64,000 nucleotides of DNA, taken from assembly GCA_964645765.1 (NCBI GenBank), contig CAZYBE010000007.1, positions 2,644 to 66,643 on the forward strand. The letters run 5' to 3'. Every line of letters begins with the position of its first letter. Within the stretch, counting starts at the first letter, position 1. The notes beneath the pieces were generated by a model, which saw only the letters and a program-made list of their open reading frames with translations, ran no database searches and was not told the origin of the DNA. A program made the translations under genes and the position numbers. The DNA comes from an uncultured Eubacteriales bacterium (GTDB lineage: Bacteria > Acidobacteriota > Aminicenantia > Aminicenantales > Aminicenantaceae). This document shows positions 57,634-64,000 of the stretch, piece after piece.

Positions 57634-59574
57634 ATGAAAAAGACATTATTTTTCATTGTTTTTGCTGCCTTTTTTGTTTCCTCCGGCTTTTCCTATGGCC
57701 AGGAAGATTATTCAGACTATGCTTTTGCTCGGTTGAGCTACGTCAAGGGAGATGTCTATATCCAGAGGGCAGCTGATTTGGGCTATGAAGAAGGAGTTGT
57801 GAACTTGCTTATCGTCGAAGGCGACAAGCTGGGAACTCGAGAGGGCCGGGCAGAAGTTCATTTTGGAAAAAGAAACTATCTCCGCATCGATAGCGACACT
57901 CAGGTCGATTTTGTCAAGCTTCCTCAAAATGGCGAAGGGGAAGTGAAGCTTCATCTGCTTTCAGGAAAGATTTACTTGAGGATAAACTTTTTGGATGGGG
58001 AAAGAAGCTTTGAGGTTCATTCTCCTGATGCCTCTTTCTATATTATCGAAGAGGGGCTTTGTCGACTCGAGGCCAGGGAGGGCGGAGAGACTGAGCTTTT
58101 TGTCTTCGAGGGTAAAGTGGAGGCTGCAGGAGAAGATAGTTCCTTGGAGGTGGAGAGCGAGGAGAAGGTCGTCTCTTCCAACGGGTATTTCCTTTCAGAA
58201 CCTGTTCTTTTTTATGAAAGCCGGGATGACAGCTTCGCTCAATGGAATGACTCCAGAGATTCACTCCACCAGCGCGTTATCAGCCGAAGATACCTTCCCT
58301 CTGAACTCGAGGATTACGAAGTTGAGTTGGTTGACAGCGGGCGCTGGGTCTATGAACAGCCTTATGGCTATGTCTGGACTCCCTACGTTTCTTATAGCGA
58401 CTGGAGGCCCTACTATTATGGGAGATGGGTCTGGTATCCTCTTTCGGGCTGGACATGGGTTTCCTACGAACCTTGGGGATGGTGCGTTTACCACTATGGC
58501 AGATGGCACTGGAGGTTAGGCCTGGGCTGGTACTGGATACCTCAACGCGTTTGGAGCCCTGCATGGGTTCATTGGTACTGGGGTTACGATTATATTGGCT
58601 GGTGCCCTTTAAGTTATTTCGGATATCCGGTGGTCATCATCAACAACAATTTTTACGGACATGACTACGGCCGCTATTATCCTTCCCATTCACGCGCTCT
58701 AACTGTGGTTCGCAAAGACCAATTGCGGTCCAGGACTATCTCCCAAATGGCGTTGAGCCAGGATAAAATCCTTCGTCTTGGAAAAATCTCTCTCTCATCC
58801 AAGCAGCCTGATTATCGGCCAGCTTTGAAACAGCTCAGCGCGGAAGACATTAAAGCAGCCCAAGTCCTTTCGAGGTCAAATCTTCGTCCGGTGAGCAAAA
58901 GCTACAGCTCAGGGAAGAATCTTTCCCACACTCAGTTGAAGTCATTGCCTTCCAGGAAGTCATCCAACGATATTTCTCGTTCAATCTCTGAATCTAGGGC
59001 CGAAGGCGCGTCGGATAAAATTCGAAGAGTTGCAAATTCAAGGATATCCCCCCGAATCTTCGAGAGCCGCTTATCCAGCTCATCACCGAGAAAATCTGAG
59101 GCCGTTCGTCGCGGCCAGGCCAGTTCCGACCGAAGCGGAAGCGCTGTCTCGGCACCGAGGGTCTACCCTTCGAGGATGTCTCGGCCATCGCCCCGTTCAA
59201 TTTCCCCTCCTCCGTCTTCGTCAAGGGAAGAGCGGCCTTTTTCCTTTAGAATCGAAAGGGAGCGTTCCAACCCGCCTTCCTCCAACACTTTTTCCCCCAG
59301 GTTAGATGCAAGACCTCATTCTGAAAAAATTCGGCCTTCTTTATCCTTCAGGTCAGGGTCTTCCTCGCCTTCCTCTTCATTCCGTTCGTCTTCATCAAGT
59401 TCCATTCCTTCTCGAAGCGAAAGAAGCTTTTCATCAAGGGCACACTCAGCTCCTGGCTCGAGGAGTTCGACTCCAAGCTCCAGAAGCTCAACTTCAGGCT
59501 CTGCTGTGAGTCACTCCTCAACTCGGAGCTCCTCTTCGAATTCCCCATCGGGCAAGAACATAAAGAAAAATTAG
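57634..59574 (+). CDS. FecR-domain protein with Trp/Tyr-rich WXXGXW-type repeats and long Ser/Arg/Pro-rich disordered tail
   Basis: Start at MKKTLFF (ATG 57634, RBS GAGGAAAT). Signal peptide, FecR-like beta region, W/Y-rich block (GWTWVSYEPWGWCVYHYGRWHW...), then ~270 aa of S/R/P low complexity. Confidence 0.6.
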   Translation: MKKTLFFIVFAAFFVSSGFSYGQEDYSDYAFARLSYVKGDVYIQRAADLGYEEGVVNLLIVEGDKLGTREGRAEVHFGKRNYLRIDSDTQVDFVKLPQNGEGEVKLHLLSGKIYLRINFLDGERSFEVHSPDASFYIIEEGLCRLEAREGGETELFVFEGKVEAAGEDSSLEVESEEKVVSSNGYFLSEPVLFYESRDDSFAQWNDSRDSLHQRVISRRYLPSELEDYEVELVDSGRWVYEQPYGYVWTPYVSYSDWRPYYYGRWVWYPLSGWTWVSYEPWGWCVYHYGRWHWRLGLGWYWIPQRVWSPAWVHWYWGYDYIGWCPLSYFGYPVVIINNNFYGHDYGRYYPSHSRALTVVRKDQLRSRTISQMALSQDKILRLGKISLSSKQPDYRPALKQLSAEDIKAAQVLSRSNLRPVSKSYSSGKNLSHTQLKSLPSRKSSNDISRSISESRAEGASDKIRRVANSRISPRIFESRLSSSSPRKSEAVRRGQASSDRSGSAVSAPRVYPSRMSRPSPRSISPPPSSSREERPFSFRIERERSNPPSSNTFSPRLDARPHSEKIRPSLSFRSGSSSPSSSFRSSSSSSIPSRSERSFSSRAHSAPGSRSSTPSSRSSTSGSAVSHSSTRSSSSNSPSGKNIKKN

Positions 59575-59734
59575 CTCTGTCTTCTCCTGTCTGCGCCAAC
59601 CCTAATTTCTTCTTTACTTTTATTTTTTTCAGTGGTATAAAAAAAGTTCGAAGAAATGGGATATTTACCAAGAAGAGAGAGGATTCATTTCCCCGATGAA
59701 TATTTGAATGATTAAAGTTTTGGAGGTATGCGCC

Positions 59735-60541
59735 ATGGCTTTTAGAGCATTCATTTCAAACAGAGAAAAAAATCCGGCTGAAAAGATCGTTCGGCTTCTG
59801 GGATTGAGTCTGTTCGTCATTTGGCTTGCGGTTGGAGGGTCAATTTCCTGCAAGAAAAAAGCAGCAGCACCAGAGGCAGCAGCTCAGGAGAAGAAAGGAT
59901 TTGAAATCAAAGAAGGCATAAATGATTTTGAAGGTGTGGTCAAGGTTGCCCTTGGGAAATATCTTTATATACCTTCTGTCCAGGGATTTGATGTTATTGT
60001 CCAGGGTCAGATAGAATCAGGAGATACGAGCACGCTGGTCGACAAAGAGGTTAGAGGAAAAGGAGAGTTCACTCCTGACAAACCCTCCATTTTAGTGGCT
60101 GACAGCATCGAGGTTAAAGAAGAGAACAAAGCTTGGAAAACCGTTTTTACAAGAAGCGGGGAAGCTGTGCTTGATGACTACCTGGACTTACGAGCAAGAG
60201 ATGAATTTCAGACTTTAAAAGACGTGGCTTATGATAAACCAGAAAGCTGGGAAGGGAAAGGCAAGGTGAAGGTTTTTGGCAAGCTGGTCACAGAGACGGT
60301 TACCGAAGGCGGGCAGCAGAAAGAGGTCAGCAAGATCATTATTCTTGACAAGGAAAATAAGGCCGTGGGCAATGTCGTTGTTGACCGCATGACAGATTTT
60401 GCTCAGTACTACCTGAAAAAATTGAGGCTTTTTGATAATTTATGGTTTTATGTGACCATTAAGGATACAGTCGATTGGAAGACAAGACGGGTGACTGACG
60501 ACCTCTTCCATGCCGACGCTCTTTATTGCGGGCTTTTCTGA
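59735..60541 (+). CDS. Hypothetical lipoprotein
   Basis: Start at MAFRAF (ATG 59735, GGAGG 8 nt upstream). Hydrophobic signal ending in a SISC lipobox-like motif. No recognisable domain. The track ORF begins at 59708. Confidence 0.45.
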   Translation: MAFRAFISNREKNPAEKIVRLLGLSLFVIWLAVGGSISCKKKAAAPEAAAQEKKGFEIKEGINDFEGVVKVALGKYLYIPSVQGFDVIVQGQIESGDTSTLVDKEVRGKGEFTPDKPSILVADSIEVKEENKAWKTVFTRSGEAVLDDYLDLRARDEFQTLKDVAYDKPESWEGKGKVKVFGKLVTETVTEGGQQKEVSKIIILDKENKAVGNVVVDRMTDFAQYYLKKLRLFDNLWFYVTIKDTVDWKTRRVTDDLFHADALYCGLF

Positions 60542-60556
60542 TTCAAAAGAAGGAAT

Positions 60557-62254
60557 TCAGAGCAGAGAAGCAATTTTTTTCAATCCCGCAGAAATATCCT
60601 GATGAAGGTGAAAGCGGACGACTCTCCTCCCTGCTTCCTTTAATGCTTCCCAATCTCCCCTTTCCTGGGCTTTTTTGAGGATTCCGAATGAGAGCGAGGA
60701 GAAGGCGGCGCCGGCCTCATCGGGAATGGGAGCATCTTCCAGGTCATCGGCTGTCAGTTGGATGAAAAGTCCATTGCCCCTGTCTCCTTTGTGAAGCTGT
60801 CCTGTGGAATGGAGGTAGCGGGGCCCATAGCCTGTCGTTACAGGGAGCTTCGCCTTCTTCTCCAGAGTCTTCCTTAATTCCCTGAGATGTTTTTCTGTTT
60901 CCGATGCAGGCTGAAGAAAGGCCTGGATGGCGATGTAATCTCCTTCTCGGGCTTCACCAAGGAAGGCTTGAATGCTTTCTCTGAGGGAAGAGGCAGAAAA
61001 GTCTGAAAAAAGAGAAATGTCCTTTTGAGAGAGCTTTGGAATTTCAAGAGGCAGGCGCTTTTTTTCTCTAAAGCCTTGAATGAATTCTTGAGCTTTTTTC
61101 TTTGATTGGGCGACGTTCGGCTGGTCAAAAGGATTAATCTTTAAGAAGAATCCGGTGATAGCCGTGGCCATCTCCCAGAGGAAAAATTGACTTCCGAGCG
61201 AATAGAAATCTTTAAGGTTGAGCTTGAGATAAGGCTGCCCAGCTCTTTTGAGAGCCTCGATTAAGGAATAACGGCTTTTGTCGCTGTCAAGCAAGATGAA
61301 GATGAAAAATCGGTCGCCAAGCTCAGAGTCGAGGACCGTCTCGTCTGCTCCCAAAACAGGAAGAATGCCCTTGCCTTCTTTGCCTGTGCTTTCAGCAAGG
61401 AGCTGTTCCAGCCAGGAAGCGAAGCCTTCTATCTGTGGTGAGAGAATAAGAGTCGCCTTGTCTCGGCCAGATTGAGCCATCAAGGCCAGTATCGTCCCTA
61501 AAAGAATTCCTGGGTTGTCTTCTGGAGCTTGCCGGCAGGAACGAGCCGTTTCCTGGCCTCTTTCCAGCAACCTTTTGATTTCAACTCCGCTGAAAGCTGC
61601 TGGGACCAGACCAAAGGATGAGAGAGCGGAAAACCGACCGCCGACATCAGGGTCGCCGGCAATCATTTGACGGAAGCGATGCTGGCGAGCCAATTTCTCT
61701 AAAGGAGTTCCTGGGTCGGTGATGGCGATAAAGTAGTCGCCAGCAAGCTCTTTTCCAAGGGATTCGCAAACCCGGTTGAAAAAGTACTTGAAGAGCGAGA
61801 TTGTTTCTAAGGTTGTTCCGGATTTGGAAGAGACGATGAAGAGTGTTTTTTCCGGTCGAAGCTTATTTTTAAACGATAAAACAGAAGCCGGGACTGTGCT
61901 ATCCGAAATTTCGAGTTTGAGATGCCCTTTGGCTGTGCCGAACACCTTGACAAGAACCTCAGGAGCCAGACTTGAGCCGCCCATGCCAAGAAGAAGCGCA
62001 TGCCTGTAGCCTGCAGCTCGGACTTGATGGACCAGTTTATCAACCTCGGGCAGGGCCTTGACCATTTGCTCCGCTGAAGTCAACCAACCCAGCCGGTTAG
62101 ATATCTCCTTGTCCTCTTCCTTCCAGATTGTGAAATCTTTATTCCAGATTCGCTCCACGACTTTTTCTTCTGAGATTCTCTGAATTGCCGCTTTCAGAGC
62201 TCTTCCGTAGCTTTCCATGTTCGCGGTTTGGATCACTTCATTTTTCTCTTCCAT
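60557..62254 (-). CDS. pgi: Glucose-6-phosphate isomerase
   Basis: 565 aa. SIS-domain motifs GMGGSSL and SKSGTTLET characteristic of PGI. Confidence 0.85.
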   Translation of the reverse strand: MEEKNEVIQTANMESYGRALKAAIQRISEEKVVERIWNKDFTIWKEEDKEISNRLGWLTSAEQMVKALPEVDKLVHQVRAAGYRHALLLGMGGSSLAPEVLVKVFGTAKGHLKLEISDSTVPASVLSFKNKLRPEKTLFIVSSKSGTTLETISLFKYFFNRVCESLGKELAGDYFIAITDPGTPLEKLARQHRFRQMIAGDPDVGGRFSALSSFGLVPAAFSGVEIKRLLERGQETARSCRQAPEDNPGILLGTILALMAQSGRDKATLILSPQIEGFASWLEQLLAESTGKEGKGILPVLGADETVLDSELGDRFFIFILLDSDKSRYSLIEALKRAGQPYLKLNLKDFYSLGSQFFLWEMATAITGFFLKINPFDQPNVAQSKKKAQEFIQGFREKKRLPLEIPKLSQKDISLFSDFSASSLRESIQAFLGEAREGDYIAIQAFLQPASETEKHLRELRKTLEKKAKLPVTTGYGPRYLHSTGQLHKGDRGNGLFIQLTADDLEDAPIPDEAGAAFSSLSFGILKKAQERGDWEALKEAGRRVVRFHLHQDISAGLKKIASLL

Positions 62255-62415
62255 AGAAGTTTCGCTCCTGAATTTTTTTTAAAAAAATCTTGTTTGAAAT
62301 CATCTTAAATCGCAAACTCTATTTGTCAAGCTTCTCTTCCACAAAATTATAATCATAGATTAATCTTTCTTTTTTTGCTATTATCTCATCTTCAAGCGAA
62401 GATGGAGGTTTATAA

Positions 62416-62835
62416 ATGACGGCTAAATGGTCAACAGTCTCTGCATTGGGTCTCTTCCTCGTTATTTCGCTTTCTTCTCCAGCGGCACAAAATCAGGCAG
62501 CTCCGGATTATGGAAAAATCCTTGGAACCTGGGACGTTGAAGTCAATGCCAATGGGGAATATTATTATCTTACCGTGAACATCGAGAAGTCAGAGGAGGG
62601 TCTGAAAGGAAAGGTCAGCGAATCGACAGGAGCTTTCAGTGACGTTCCACTCAAGGAAATTCAGTATGACGGCCAGACCTTGAAATTCCAATTTACATCC
62701 CCCACTCCGCCCGATGGTTTAGAGCGGCTGGTGAAAGCGGATTTTAAAGTCGGCGATAACAAGCTTGAAGGGACAGTGGCCGTGGAAGACATGGGAATTT
62801 CTGTTCCAGCCACTGCTACCAAAAAAGTTAAATAA
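62416..62835 (+). CDS. Hypothetical secreted protein
   Basis: 139 aa with a signal peptide (LGLFLVISLSSPAAQ). Beta-rich. No recognisable domain. Confidence 0.4.
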   Translation: MTAKWSTVSALGLFLVISLSSPAAQNQAAPDYGKILGTWDVEVNANGEYYYLTVNIEKSEEGLKGKVSESTGAFSDVPLKEIQYDGQTLKFQFTSPTPPDGLERLVKADFKVGDNKLEGTVAVEDMGISVPATATKKVK

Positions 62836-63128
62836 AAAGGTTCTCTTCCATTCTGTGTGGGTTCTATGAACACCCTATTCGGAATGGCCTCGCTCCCAAT
62901 CAGGTTTTTAACGCCGTTCCCTCACCGCCCTTCTCGGCGGCTGCGGAACTCGCTCCGCTCAGACATCCTCGCCGCCCGGCAAGGCCGGGTTCCCTCGAAG
63001 GACAGCTCGGGAAGGCTAAACCTTCAATGGTCGCTACGGCCATTTCGAATAGGTGTTTTTAATGGCTCGCCACATATTCTTCACCCAGACAACTTGGAAG
63101 AGATTCAATAAAAAAAATAGATATATTT

Positions 63129-64000
63129 TTAAGCTGCTCTGGATTCAAGGTCAATCTTTTCCAAGATGCCGCCTTCACGCTTGTCTGCTTTTTTGAGAAG
63201 CACAGCGAAGATGAGTCCCAAGAATCCCAGGCTGGCGAACATGAGCATGCTGCTGGTGTAGGTTTTAGTCAAATCACGAAGCACACCGTTGGCATACGCG
63301 AAGAAGCCAAGCCCAAAGTTCTGGATGGCTGTCATCAGCCCGAAGGCCATTCCCACCCGCTCTTTACGCACAATAAGCGGAATTGAAGGCCACATCGCAG
63401 CTGGAACCAGGACGAAAGAGGCTCCAAGAACGATCATCGGGTAGGCAGGATAAATCTTGGTCAGCCCCATGAGCGCATGGCTGGGAATCATGAGCAATGA
63501 ACCGATAATCATCAGAGTTGCCCTTTTCCCAATCCTGTCCACCATCCGGCCGGCAAAAGGAGCGAGGACCATCGAAGCGAAGATGATGATCGAAGAGATT
63601 CCTCCCGCAGTGCTGAACATATGGAGGAGATTGCTGAAAACTCTGTAGAGAAATCCTCCGCTCCCTTCAGCCACTCGGGCGATTCCCCACTTATCCACAA
63701 AAAAGTCAGTAGAAAGGGCAGTGAAGGGGAAAATGGCTGAATAGAAGGTGAGGCAAAGCATTGTCACGTACCAGAAGGTCGGTTTAAATTCTTTAATATC
63801 CCTGAGCACAATCTTCTCCGCAGCGCTTTCATCTTTCAGTTTGAGAACGCGTTCACCACGGCGGTCCAGTATTATATAAACGATGTTGGCGACAAGCGAG
63901 ACGAGGCAGAAGACCGCAGCTGCAAAAAGGGCATAGCGAAAGCTTCCAAAATAACTAGTTATCAGTTCTCCTGTGTTAAAGGCAAAGAGAGTTCCAAGGC
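63129..64000 (-). CDS. MFS transporter (5' part continues beyond the window end)
   Basis: Multiple TM helices and an MFS-like loop (GRMVDRIGKR). The reading frame stays open upstream of the listed GTG through to position 64000. Confidence 0.6.
   Translation of the reverse strand, partial: LGTLFAFNTGELITSYFGSFRYALFAAAVFCLVSLVANIVYIILDRRGERVLKLKDESAAEKIVLRDIKEFKPTFWYVTMLCLTFYSAIFPFTALSTDFFVDKWGIARVAEGSGGFLYRVFSNLLHMFSTAGGISSIIIFASMVLAPFAGRMVDRIGKRATLMIIGSLLMIPSHALMGLTKIYPAYPMIVLGASFVLVPAAMWPSIPLIVRKERVGMAFGLMTAIQNFGLGFFAYANGVLRDLTKTYTSSMLMFASLGFLGLIFAVLLKKADKREGGILEKIDLESRAA

Noticed and set aside
59239-59574. Apparent DNA-level tandem repetitiveness at the 3' end of the FecR-like gene
   Set aside because: It reflects Ser/Arg/Pro low-complexity coding (TCN/AGC/CGN-rich) rather than a discrete tandem repeat or VNTR with a defined unit.
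62857-63111. 84-aa Arg-rich ORF in the GC-rich intergenic region
   Set aside because: Low-complexity R/S/P-rich translation produced by GC-rich DNA, with no RBS. More likely non-coding (see the structured-RNA finding).
1-64000. CRISPR arrays, transposases/IS elements, integrases, prophage genes
   Set aside because: No regularly spaced short direct repeats with unique spacers and no ORFs with transposase, integrase or phage structural signatures were seen. The only multi-copy sequences are the structured intergenic elements and the ppiD 3' duplication.

Overview
This 64 kb window is a bacterial chromosomal segment of about 50% GC, gene-dense and mostly in long co-directional operons. The gene content suggests an anaerobic Gram-negative bacterium, possibly deltaproteobacterial or Myxococcota-like; this is inference only.

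- **1 to 12 kb, minus strand:** a housekeeping operon with ppiD, acyl-CoA dehydrogenase, a HIT protein, IHF/HU, rpsA, ispH, scpB, scpA, trpS and an M50 protease. At the 5' edge, a low-GC transglutaminase-like lipoprotein gene is flanked by a diverged ~680 bp duplicate of the ppiD 3' end.
- **13 to 17.7 kb:** a four-gene flavoprotein operon with NuoE-like and NuoF-like subunits (the latter has HydB/HndC architecture), a NuoG-N-terminal-like ferredoxin, and a stand-alone glutamate-synthase FMN-domain protein carrying an N-terminal Cys cluster. I read it as a Bfu/HydABC-like NADH-dependent oxidoreductase of unknown substrate.
- **18 to 26 kb:** speH (AdoMet decarboxylase), an M1 aminopeptidase, and a sigma-54 two-component pair (PilS/PilR-like).
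- **26.9 to 48 kb:** a large type IV pilus locus with pilC, pilB, pilMNOP and a pilQ secretin that has a lipobox/TPR N-terminus and a cohesin-like C-terminus. It is split by a tRNA(CAT) and tilS. It continues with fimT/pilV/pilW/pilX minor pilins and two tandem, diverged ~1200 aa PilY1-like tip adhesins with N-terminal FG-GAP (integrin-like) repeats. It ends with a convergent pilD preceded by an ABC ATPase, permease and accessory trio resembling Myxococcus pilGHI. No major pilin or pilT is in the window.
- **49.8 kb to the end:** an S9 peptidase, a flavin reductase, agmatinase, a GAF fRMsr-like protein, a FadL-family porin, a Spy/CpxP-like protein, a FecR/WXXGXW-repeat protein with a long Ser/Arg/Pro-rich tail, pgi and a partial MFS transporter.
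- **Repeat family:** a nested-palindrome MITE/REP-like element occurs at four intergenic sites (12.7, 21.4, 26.3 and 53.0 kb). The copies share GGCTCAGGC termini and a CCGCTTTTGCC arm present up to three times, which allows alternative pairings. One copy carries four extra hairpin modules.

No CRISPR array, transposase or prophage was recognised.
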